Assembly: GCA_001780275.1 (NCBI GenBank)
Contig: MFGB01000007.1
Span: forward strand, 66,280-130,279
From: Candidatus Falkowbacteria bacterium RIFOXYA2_FULL_47_19
Lineage (GTDB): Bacteria > Patescibacteriota > Patescibacteriia > Patescibacteriales > UBA12075
DNA: 64,000 bases
Reading direction: 5' to 3'
Shown here: in pieces, positions 1-8,939 of the stretch
Layout of the letters: every line of letters starts with the position of its first letter
Position numbering within the stretch: position 1 is the stretch's first letter
Notes under the pieces: generated by a model
Told to the model about the DNA's origin: nothing
The model's input: the letters and a program-made list of their open reading frames with translations, nothing else
The model's database searches: none
Made by a program: the position numbers and the translations under genes

Positions 1-552
1 GCGGTCATAAGTGGATAAAGCAATCCCGTCCGCGTCTTCATATTTGCAGACAGTAATCGATGAAGAGTTTATCTCGGCCTGGCGATTGCCGAAATGCAGA
101 CTGCTGATATTCTGTCCGGCCTGCAGATTAACCATGTGTTTCGTGGGGTCGTCCTGGTTCGGGTAAACTATATTATTAGGATAAGTCTCTGTCCAGCCGG
201 GTTTCTGGGTTTCGGCCACGATATAATGACCGGCCGCGAGGTTATCGAAAATATAGCAGCCGAAATCGTTGGTTATGGTCGTAGTGGAAACATCTCCGCT
301 CAAAACGATCTCCCAGCCCGGGAGGATATCCGCGGTGCTGGTGCCGGTTTCATCCCAGAAACCGTCGCCATCCGCGTCATTCCATTTACAGCCTGATATA
401 GAGCTTAAAGGCGGCTCTGCCGCCACCGCGCCCTCCGGAACGACAAAAAACACGCCCACGAACGACATGTTGAAGATAAGCGTGCTTAATAGAAAAACAT
501 TGAAGAATCCCCGGATTCTTCTGGTTTTCTTGCTGAGATTTGGGATCTGCAT
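1..552 (-). CDS. Secreted surface protein with SdrD-B/CnaB-like domains (runs off the window edge; absent from the ORF track)
   Basis: Manual translation from ATG at 552: MQIPNLSKKTRRIRGFFNVFLLSTLIFNMSFVGVFFVVPEGAVAAEPPLSSISGCKWNDADGDGFWDE...LPGWEIVL...YIVAETQKPGWTETYP...HFGN...ITVCKYEDADG, open to position 1; same signal peptide and domain type as the neighbouring paralogues. Confidence 0.85.
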   Translation of the reverse strand, partial: MQIPNLSKKTRRIRGFFNVFLLSTLIFNMSFVGVFFVVPEGAVAAEPPLSSISGCKWNDADGDGFWDETGTSTADILPGWEIVLSGDVSTTTITNDFGCYIFDNLAAGHYIVAETQKPGWTETYPNNIVYPNQDDPTKHMVNLQAGQNISSLHFGNRQAEINSSSITVCKYEDADGIALSTYDR

Positions 553-733
553 AGATTTGATTGTAAATAAATAATAACCAGGTTATTATTTTGTTAGTTT
601 ATAATTATGAATAATAATTTATTATAGTTAGAGCTAATTAAATTATCATTATTATAAAGTTAAAACAGCATTAATAAGCAATAAAAAAACAGCCGAACTA
701 TCAGCTGCAATATTTTTTTTGACGGAGCGCGTT

Positions 734-1099
734 CTATGCTACGGTATCGTAATGTTCAATCCGACCATTCAAGTCGTCCAAAAGAGCTTTCAGGTACTGG
801 TACGGCTCTTCATGCGCGGGGAAAGACTGAATGATCGCCTTGATCTCGTTTCTGGTATCGGCGATAAATTTAAAATTAAAATAAAAATTGCTTGTTAAAA
901 GCGTTTGGCAAAGCACTTCAATGCCGAAGTTAATGCGCGCGCACGCCAACATGCTTTCTATCCCCTCGACCGATAGCCCGTCCACGCTCTCTACGTACTC
1001 TTTAACAAGTTTTTTTATCTGTTCGACCGCTGCCATGTGCGGCAAATAGGTTAGGCTCCACTTATCACCGCTATCCCCGCAAATAACATAACCGCCCAT
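734..1099 (-). CDS. Hypothetical protein (orphan, ~121 aa)
   Basis: ORF track 734..1141; start moved to MGGY at 1099 because of the SD in ACAGGAGGCGTAAG-ATG. Confidence 0.65.
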   Translation of the reverse strand: MGGYVICGDSGDKWSLTYLPHMAAVEQIKKLVKEYVESVDGLSVEGIESMLACARINFGIEVLCQTLLTSNFYFNFKFIADTRNEIKAIIQSFPAHEEPYQYLKALLDDLNGRIEHYDTVA

Positions 1100-1145
1100 C
1101 TTACGCCTCCTGTCAATTATTGTGATTACAAAGAACTTCAAAAAA

Positions 1146-1200
1146 TGTCATCCTCGCGCGGACGGGAATTCCGGCTCGAAGAAAAGCCCGAATTTCCGCC
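1146..1200. repeat. Degenerate REP-like element (GTCAT...GGGAAT type) with internal hairpin
   Basis: tgtcatcctcgcgcggacgggaattccggct-cgaagaaa-agcccgaatttcc; resembles GTCATTCCCGCG..GCGGGAATCC-type extragenic palindromes. Confidence 0.4.
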
Positions 1201-1240
1201 CTCCGTAAAAATAGCATCCTTTATTAAAAATTAAAATACT

Positions 1241-4200
1241 CTATAAGTTATACGCCTTGCGCTTTATAAGCGCGCTTGCGCCGGTAAGTCCTCCGACCAT
1301 CATAATGAGGGCCATAAACTCGAAGACGCTGAATCCCGTTTCGGCCAACACTTCTATTTCCCGAACCTCAAGGTCGGCCATGGCCTCGAGCGGTTTATGG
1401 TTATCGGATCTTATCGTGGCGGTATTGACGTATATTTTTTCCGCGGCATCGTCGATGACGTTCGCGAAATAAGTGATTTCCCCGGTTTCGCCGGGTAGAA
1501 GGTCTCCGACCGCCCATTCCCGGGTGGTCGAAGCGGTATCGGCGTAAACGATCCCCTCGGGAAGAATATCCTTGATAATGACGTTAAAAGCGGTCAAATT
1601 GCCGGTATTGGCGTAATTGATCACATATTTGAAATTCTTATCCCCCGGATTATAGAACGATTTCTCGTCTGGAATGACCTTCGTGATAGAAAGTATCGGG
1701 TCCCCTTCTTCGCCTTTGACCTCGACGCAGGCGTCGGTCTTGTATTTGACGGTTTTCTCGGTCTTATCCGATCCTTCTTCGGCCTTGGCCGTAAAGGAGT
1801 ATTCGGTATAAGGCTTTAAGCCGCCGATCGTGGTCGAATGCAGGGTGCTTTCCGTGGTCGTGTCGGTCGAGGTGGCGTCTTTAATATCGTCGGAATCAAG
1901 GCCGTAAACGACCCAGCTGGTTACTGTCTTGTTAGTGCGCCACTCTATTTTAGCCGTATTCTCATCAATGCACTTAGCTTCTATTTCCATGATATCGAGG
2001 AAAACATGGCCTCCGCCGCCTCCGCCGCCGCCCGGCAGTTTGCAATACCGACAACCGTCCGTCTGATCGCTATTAGCATCATCGCACTCTTCGCCGGCAA
2101 CATTAATTATACCGTCGCCGCAGTACGGCCCGCCGCCGCCCTCGGTTGAGCAGGTGGCTGAGCAGCCGTCTCCGGAAACGTTATTGCCGTCATCGCATTG
2201 TTCTCCGGGGGTGTTCCCCAGTATTCTGTCGCCGCACCTGGGCCCTTCCTCGTAATAATTATTAAAATTATAATCAAGGCCATCTTTGCCGGTATACTCA
2301 AGCCAGACATCGAAATAAAGCGGGGTGGTGTTGTGCCAATTGGTCTTTAAGACCTCGTTCACGCGGTAAGCGGCGTCATAAGGGAGACCCTGGAAACAAT
2401 AACGCCCGGTGGAATCGGTCAAAACCGGCGCCGTTACCTTTTGCCAATCGGCGCGGCAATTAACGGCGAAAAGGCCGTCAAGGTCATAGCCGTTCCCATC
2501 CGCATTCTCGTCGTTGTCATCGCTCTCGTCAACTAATTTTATATATTTTGCCCAGACTAATGTGCCTAAATCCAGCGAAGTGTCCAATGTAGCAAGACCG
2601 AGTTCGCGCCAGGTGCCGTCAATTCCTGTCGGCGAGGCGTAAACGCGCGCTTTTTCCGAGGTCGGGGCTCCGTCCGGACTGGTTTCAAAAATTTCAATGT
2701 CAGCGCCGTTGCCGTTTATGACGATATTTTCAAGCTCCAGGATGATCTCGCCGCCAAAACCCAAAGAAACGTAATTCAGGGTTTGGTCCGCTTCAGCTTC
2801 TCCTAAAGCTTTAGCGCTATCGGTATAATCGCTTGCGAGCGGATCAGAGTTACTGTCGGTTCCCTGGGTATAATTTATTACCCGGTCCGCCCAGTTCTCT
2901 CCGGCCGCGCAATCCGCCGCGGTCGACAATTCAATGGTCCAATCCGGAAGACCCTTGGTGTTGGGCGTGGCCGCATTCTTATCCTCGTCCTCGTATTTAT
3001 AGCCGCAGATCATGCCGGAATCTCCGTAAGGCCGGTTATAGAAATAGAGCTCCGCGGTCTCGCCGGCTTTAACCTCTGTTGATGTGGCGCCGTTTTCCGG
3101 GCTTAAAATTATCCACCCCTTGGTCAAAGCTGCTTCAGCGGCGTTATAAATACCGATGGGCAGGTCGGAGAGAGTGACGCAGCCGATCTCGCCGGCCGTC
3201 CGCACGGTATGCGCGCTTTGGTCGGGGTATGTGACCGTAAAGGGCCAATCGGCGACCGGATACTGATCGTCGGCCGTATTCAAATCGCCGTCTGAATCCC
3301 CGATCTTGCAGATTTTCAAATTTCCAACCTCGTGCCGGTTAACAAAATCCTTATCGGTTTCGTTGGTATTCTGTGTTGTGATAAAAATAGTGTAATAATT
3401 ATCCGGATCGATCGGGCTTACCTGCGTCCAACCGCTCTGGTTTTGTTCATAGACGTCATACCGGCCGGTACAAAGATCGTTAAAGGCGTAATTGCCGTCG
3501 TTATCGGTCGTGGTGGTGGCGTAAACGATGCCAAGATTGTCGTTCCTGAGTTCAATTACCCATCCAGACAGGCCGTTACCGGTAAAATAATCTAACTTTC
3601 GTCCGCTTATTAAGGAAGTGCACTGCTCGATGGTTTTACATTCAGTTGAACAAGTAGCTGAACCGGTCGGGCCGTGGTCGCACTCTTCTCCCGGATCTGG
3701 GTTGTAATCGCCGCAGAAAGGCGCTTCGTAATTTAAAAAGACAAAAGGCTGCAGAGCGACTGATCCGAGCGTAAAGCTATATGATCCGTTGGCCGGATAA
3801 GTATTCCGCCAGTGTCCGCTTACCGGCGCTTCAGTAATAGTATAGTCGCCGTAAATAAGGTTATCTACGCTTACGCAGGCATTATCATTCGACGTGTTGA
3901 GGGTCTGCGAATAACTATCCGGTCCGGTAACCGTGAATTCCCAGGCTAAGGGCGTATCAACGCCGCTTTCGTAAGCGCCGATCACACCATTATCGTAGTA
4001 TTTGCATATCGTAAAACCGCCGCGCCGGGTGTTATAGAAATTAATCGTCGCGCCTTGGTCTTCATCGACTATAACCGTGCCTTCGCCGTTTTCCGGGTAA
4101 ACCGGACTCCAGCTCGGATTCGGCATAGTTTCGCTGACCGTGTATTGTTTAGGGTCGAGATCGGTGAAAACGGTACAACCGTTATCTCCGGTCGTCTGGG

Positions 4201-6142
4201 TAGTAGTATGGTCTAAAGTAAAGTTCCAGCCGGGCACTATCGTCTGGTCATCGATGGTTGAGGTTAAACCGTCCACGTCAAACCATTTGCAGACCGTGAG
4301 CCAGCCTTTTTTCGGCGGGATATACTTTAATTTGCAATCCGATTCGCAGGTCCAGTTGCCGGAGAGTCCGGTGGGCATAGCCGGCCAGTCGCATTCTTCG
4401 CCCTCTCCGCCCTGGATTATGCCGTCACCGCAATAAGGACCCCTTAAAGAAATCTCACTGCAGGTGCCGGAACAATAAGTGCAGGTGCTGTCATAATCAG
4501 GAACGCATGGCAGGCCGTTTTGGCCGCCCCGATCGCATACCTCGTTCAGGTCGTAGCCGTTCGGGGTCTGGATCGTGCTGTCTCCGCAATAGGTTAAAGC
4601 GCACTGGTCGGTACAGCCGTCGGTATTATCGCCGTCTTTGCCGTCATCGCAGGCTTCCAGTCCGTTTTGAACGCCGTCGCCGCAATACGGTCCGGTTAAA
4701 GTCGTCGGTTGGCAGGTACTGGAACAATAGGTGCAGGTACTGTTATAATCTGGATCGCAAGGTGTGCCGTTTGTTCCGCCTAAATCGCAAACTTCGTTTA
4801 ATCCATTACCATTAGGGGTCTGGATCGTGCTGTCGCCGCAATAGGTTAAGGTGCACTGGTCGGTACAGCCGTCGGTATTATCGCCGTTCTTGCCGTCATC
4901 GCATTGTTCGTCGCCATTCTTGATACCGTCGCCGCAAACGGGCGGGCACTCGACGGTCGTAGTGGCGGTCGCGCAGATCCAATTATCCGGGTTGCTCTTA
5001 CTGCCGAGCTGTTCGGCCCAAGCGCAGGCTTCGTTTACGATTTCGCTGCCGCAGGCCGTTTCAGTCTTAACTGTGGTCAATATATCAACCGTATAAGACT
5101 CGCCGGGGGCTAATACGTTCTTAACCCAGACGTTATTGCCTGAAGCCGGATTCGGCACGGAAGACACGAAAGAGGTCTTGGTATCATAAAATTCTTTAAG
5201 TTCCACACCGCTCCCCGTGCAGTTAGCCGTGCCGGTGTTGGTCAGGGTTAAATTATAAGTAAGATCGCCTCCCGGCGCGACCGGATCGGGGCTGTCGGTT
5301 TTTACGAGTTCAAGTTTGCATTCCCCCGGTCCGCCGCAGAATGTTATATGACTGATACTGTTAACGTCTTTTGTTACAGTTCCGCTTGTTCCGCCCGGAA
5401 ACTCGGTATAGGTCGTGGCCGCTTTTCTTAAAATCTTGTCTACGGCCGGATTTGAGGTCCAATCGGCTGACTCATTATTGCCGCTAACGGCAGTACTATA
5501 AGCTGGGTCATGTTTATCCATGGCTTCACTCCAAGCACCCGCGTATTCCCATTTAGCCACAGTAAAATAATTCGGTCCGAATTTATCTTCGCACTCGTCT
5601 TTGTCTTCTTGCTTCGTATTCGTAAAGGTGCAGGTTATCTGTGTATCATGAGAAATTTTTAATTTTACCTTACGTTCCGAAAGATATTTTGTGACAGTAA
5701 AATTACTGTTATTACCACTGCATACTATATCGCTTAAATTCCAGCCAGGAACATCCGCCTCGGTAATATAATAATCTCCGGTACTGGTAAAGGGCAGATC
5801 GACACTATTGCCGTCAATCAAGGAAAAATTACCGTTCCAGCCGGTTGTTCCGGTTTTATTTTTAGAAAAAGCAAAAGCCTGGGTGTCACCATCCGGCACA
5901 GTTTGTTTTATAACTGTTATCGTGCCGTGACAAGCCCAAGCCTCTCCGGGCGCAACCATAAAAATACCCCCTAAAGCCATGCCGAAAGACATGTTAAGCA
6001 CAAGGAGGCTCATGGAAAATACGTTGATCGCTTTGTAAATTTTACCTTTTCTGGTGTTTAAAAAATTAGGCGCGTAATGGAACGCGTAATTAGGAGCAAT
6101 CTGCCGGGATGAAAGCAGATTGGGAGAGTATGAATCATGCAT
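1241..6142 (-). CDS. Giant modular cell-surface protein (1633 aa): prealbumin-like/CnaB-SdrD-B domains, DUF11, Myxococcus Cys-rich repeats, inserted beta-sandwich, FN3-like, DUF11, LAETG anchor
   Basis: Signal peptide ..APGEAWA|C; CGDG..EqCDDGN..GDGCS.tC repeats; K...GW..Y.v.E..GW..F.N domains; C-terminal LAETGF + TM + KRK. Confidence 0.9.
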   Translation of the reverse strand: MHDSYSPNLLSSRQIAPNYAFHYAPNFLNTRKGKIYKAINVFSMSLLVLNMSFGMALGGIFMVAPGEAWACHGTITVIKQTVPDGDTQAFAFSKNKTGTTGWNGNFSLIDGNSVDLPFTSTGDYYITEADVPGWNLSDIVCSGNNSNFTVTKYLSERKVKLKISHDTQITCTFTNTKQEDKDECEDKFGPNYFTVAKWEYAGAWSEAMDKHDPAYSTAVSGNNESADWTSNPAVDKILRKAATTYTEFPGGTSGTVTKDVNSISHITFCGGPGECKLELVKTDSPDPVAPGGDLTYNLTLTNTGTANCTGSGVELKEFYDTKTSFVSSVPNPASGNNVWVKNVLAPGESYTVDILTTVKTETACGSEIVNEACAWAEQLGSKSNPDNWICATATTTVECPPVCGDGIKNGDEQCDDGKNGDNTDGCTDQCTLTYCGDSTIQTPNGNGLNEVCDLGGTNGTPCDPDYNSTCTYCSSTCQPTTLTGPYCGDGVQNGLEACDDGKDGDNTDGCTDQCALTYCGDSTIQTPNGYDLNEVCDRGGQNGLPCVPDYDSTCTYCSGTCSEISLRGPYCGDGIIQGGEGEECDWPAMPTGLSGNWTCESDCKLKYIPPKKGWLTVCKWFDVDGLTSTIDDQTIVPGWNFTLDHTTTQTTGDNGCTVFTDLDPKQYTVSETMPNPSWSPVYPENGEGTVIVDEDQGATINFYNTRRGGFTICKYYDNGVIGAYESGVDTPLAWEFTVTGPDSYSQTLNTSNDNACVSVDNLIYGDYTITEAPVSGHWRNTYPANGSYSFTLGSVALQPFVFLNYEAPFCGDYNPDPGEECDHGPTGSATCSTECKTIEQCTSLISGRKLDYFTGNGLSGWVIELRNDNLGIVYATTTTDNDGNYAFNDLCTGRYDVYEQNQSGWTQVSPIDPDNYYTIFITTQNTNETDKDFVNRHEVGNLKICKIGDSDGDLNTADDQYPVADWPFTVTYPDQSAHTVRTAGEIGCVTLSDLPIGIYNAAEAALTKGWIILSPENGATSTEVKAGETAELYFYNRPYGDSGMICGYKYEDEDKNAATPNTKGLPDWTIELSTAADCAAGENWADRVINYTQGTDSNSDPLASDYTDSAKALGEAEADQTLNYVSLGFGGEIILELENIVINGNGADIEIFETSPDGAPTSEKARVYASPTGIDGTWRELGLATLDTSLDLGTLVWAKYIKLVDESDDNDENADGNGYDLDGLFAVNCRADWQKVTAPVLTDSTGRYCFQGLPYDAAYRVNEVLKTNWHNTTPLYFDVWLEYTGKDGLDYNFNNYYEEGPRCGDRILGNTPGEQCDDGNNVSGDGCSATCSTEGGGGPYCGDGIINVAGEECDDANSDQTDGCRYCKLPGGGGGGGGHVFLDIMEIEAKCIDENTAKIEWRTNKTVTSWVVYGLDSDDIKDATSTDTTTESTLHSTTIGGLKPYTEYSFTAKAEEGSDKTEKTVKYKTDACVEVKGEEGDPILSITKVIPDEKSFYNPGDKNFKYVINYANTGNLTAFNVIIKDILPEGIVYADTASTTREWAVGDLLPGETGEITYFANVIDDAAEKIYVNTATIRSDNHKPLEAMADLEVREIEVLAETGFSVFEFMALIMMVGGLTGASALIKRKAYNL

Positions 6143-6396
6143 AAGAAACGTCAGGCATATAATTTAAAAATAAATTATGCCTATATGAATAATTAATTAA
6201 AATGATTCTCTAGCTTAGCATTATTATCTCTATTTTGTCAATAGTAAAATTAAAAATTATTAAAATTTGATATTATTCTAACATTAAATAAATTAACAAC
6301 ATAAAAAAAACAGGCTATTTTTTAGCCTGTCATGTTTTTTGGGGAAAGGGTTAATAAACTCTTTAATTTATCCGAATGTTTTTGGATGATCTTTTT

Positions 6397-6564
6397 TTAT
6401 TTTGTTGATATGGCAAGCATGCATATGCCAACCGTCAGCAGGAAATAACCCAAGTCTTCGAATTTTTTAAGTTTTGGCCAGACGCCTATACCGAATCCCG
6501 GCAGAATGAACGATATTCCTATCCAATGGCAAAGACCGAGTTGTTTAAAAAACAAAAGGCCCAT
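6397..6564 (-). CDS. Small putative two-TM membrane protein (55 aa; below the ORF-track cutoff)
   Basis: AAGGAGGGTAT-ATG; MGLLFFKQLGLCHWIGISFILPGFGIGVWPKLKKFEDLGYFLLTVGICMLAISTK*. Confidence 0.5.
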   Translation of the reverse strand: MGLLFFKQLGLCHWIGISFILPGFGIGVWPKLKKFEDLGYFLLTVGICMLAISTK

Positions 6565-6672
6565 ATACCCTCCTTCTTTATATTTTACATGAAGTCCGCA
6601 GCTTATATTTACTTATACGCTTAAAAAGGGATTCTATTACACTAAAAATTAAAAAAATAAATACTTCCTGTT

Positions 6673-6703
6673 CGTAGAGACGCCCCGCCGGGGCGTCTCT
6701 ACG
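6673..6703. repeat. GTAG-type REP palindrome
   Basis: cgtagagacgcccc-gcc-ggggcgtctctacg, perfect 14-bp stem; copies at 22343 and 46322, variant at 8830. Confidence 0.85.
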
Positions 6704-6781
6704 AGGCGGTGCATGGGATAGAGGTAAAAAAATTAAAAAACCCGATAGTTTGATCGGGTATTTTTTGGTTCTTTTTTGAGG

Positions 6782-8614
6782 TTATTTTTTGGGAATATGT
6801 TTCTTAAGCTCTTGCAGTTGCTCAGGGGTAAGGTCTTTTATCCCCTCTCGGATGGTGTCAGTATCCTGTTTAGCTTCCTGTTTTTCCCTTTCCTGGACGT
6901 TCTTGGCGCGCACTTCTTTCTGTGCGCCAGTTTGAGTCAGGGGCAGTGACAGGTTCTCAAAGGCGTGCATCGGCACGACATCGCGGTCTGAGTCGTAATA
7001 CTCTATCACTACCCGGTCGCCCGCTTGGGTCAAGGGTAATTTCACCGAAAGTTCGCCAGCCCCGCCCGTAAAGATGTGCGGCACCTCTTTCAGATGGAGA
7101 TAGTAGGTCGTGCCGGAATTCAGCGCCTCTTGATTACGCCGGTCCACCACGCCCTCTATCTTTTTGAGGACGCGCTCCTTGTCCAGAACGACCTGCTGAC
7201 CGCCCCGCATGATAAGTTTTTCGTATTCGCGCAAGGCTTCGTATTGGTCGTTGCCGACCGCTACGGTCTGGATATTATTGATGGAAACTATTGCCACCCC
7301 TTGAAAGGCGTGGCTTTCGTTTAAAAGCGGTACTACACTGGCCATCGTCCCATAGACGTTATAAAGCTGGGGATCAACGCCGTGGAGCTTTTTATACTCG
7401 ACATGGCTGTTCTTGTTGACCGCATCCAGCACGGCGGCATCGGTAGAACCGCCCCTGACCGTATAACGGACGGATTAGCCGGTCCGGGAATTGGTGTACA
7501 CGACGGCGATCAGGGAGTCGTCTTTACTGCTCTGTGAGGTTATACCCGTCACCCAATCCGCTTGTCCCTCCGATCCGTAGATCAGGTTCGGCGTTTCCGG
7601 CTGGGTAATACCCCTCCCTCCCCACCAGGTATTCTTCCAGCCGTGGACATATTTACCGCTCCAGGTCAGATAGTTTTCAATGAAAGACCGCGGCACGGCC
7701 CGGTCCACCCAATCGGGAATTTTGTCTTGGGGAAAAAATTCCGGGTCGCCGCTTGCCGGATCAACGATTACTACTCCGGTAATCTTTTCTCCGCTCCACA
7801 TGATCGTGGGCTTATAAGCGGTAACGACCCACCAGGCCTTGCCATTTTCGTCTATTTCAAAAGTGTAGTCAACCAGGCCGGTGTTTAAAAAACCGCTGTT
7901 GCGCAAATGCCTTTCCAACTCGTTCCAGAAGAAGGCGCCCGGCGTATACTGCATTTTTTCTTTATCCGGGAGCATCTTGAGGACTGCTGGACGATGCGGA
8001 TCTTCGCCGTGGACCATGATATAGCCCGGAACGCCGTCGGTAGAGGTCCAGACGGAAATTCCGCCGTAATCCAGGGGCACGACATACCACAGCTCGTTAT
8101 TGATCCTCTGGAGCGTCATAAGGCCCTCGGAAATCTGAAATTGGCTGCCGACAGCGCCGGCCTCGCCCAGGACTTTTTTCGCGAGATAAACCGCGTTTTC
8201 GGTCGTGGACATCCGCATATGTTTCGGGTCTTTGGGCTGGACATCCTGGGTCCAGACCCTTTCTTCCATCGTCCCGATCATATTCTTGTAGTCGCTGGCG
8301 CGGAACATTCCGCTGCCCAAAGTACAGCTGCCCATATAGATAAGCGCCGTGAAAATAGGAAAAAACGCGACGTAGGTAAATTTACCCTCTAAGATCGCGT
8401 CAATTATTGCAGCCGCTATCCAAAGCAGAAAAACCATGAATCCCGGAATTCCGCCCAGCGGATACACCGTTGAGGGGGTTGATAAGTAAAGAATTCCCCA
8501 AACCAGCCATAATGAAATTACCCCCGTATAAATGGCGGCTTTTACTTTTTTGTTGACGAGCAAAGGAAGTACTCCCAGAACCGTGCAGATAATGGCGGCT
8601 ATAAATACGTACAT
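6782..8614 (-). pseudogene. Membrane-anchored hypothetical protein (~610 codons) interrupted by one in-frame TAA at 7475-7477
   Basis: ORFs 7475..8614 and 6782..7432 are in the same frame; the read-through is ..VYTNSRTG*SVRYTVRGGSTDAAVLDAVNK..; N-terminal TM helices; SD AAGGAG. Confidence 0.75.
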
Positions 8615-8829
8615 TCTAATCTCCTTTCTTTGGTTTACTTGGTTGGCAAGCTATAAAATGATTGTCCCCCGAATAATCCTCCCTTCTTTTTTTCTATTAT
8701 TAGAAAAATAAGCTTGTCTATTTTAATTGGGTTATCAATGATCTAATAAACTATTATTTCACATTTTGAAGATTTTGTCAAGATTTTATCACGAATTTCC
8801 TCCACCCCTAAACCCCGCAGACGCCCACG

Positions 8830-8858
8830 GTAGAGACGTTGCATTGCAACGTCTCTAC
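8830..8858. repeat. GTAG-type REP palindrome (variant core)
   Basis: gtagagacgttgca-t-tgcaacgtctctac, perfect inverted repeat. Confidence 0.85.
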
Positions 8859-8939
8859 GAAACGGGGCATGTGGGAAAAGATTAAACAAAACCCCGCCCG
8901 GCAAATGCCGGGCGGGGTTTTAAGTATCTAAACCACTGT

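Noticed and set aside
94..574. Plus-strand ORFs of 100-101 aa
   Set aside because: Shadows of the minus-strand surface-protein gene starting at 552
4430..4940. DGR template/variable repeat pair
   Set aside because: Both copies are in-frame modules of one ORF, and there is no reverse transcriptase or Avd gene in the window
7475..7477. Selenocysteine/pyrrolysine or genetic-code reassignment
   Set aside because: The codon is TAA, not TGA or TAG; TAA and TGA terminate conserved genes such as rplL, murF and the PGT normally, which excludes code 25
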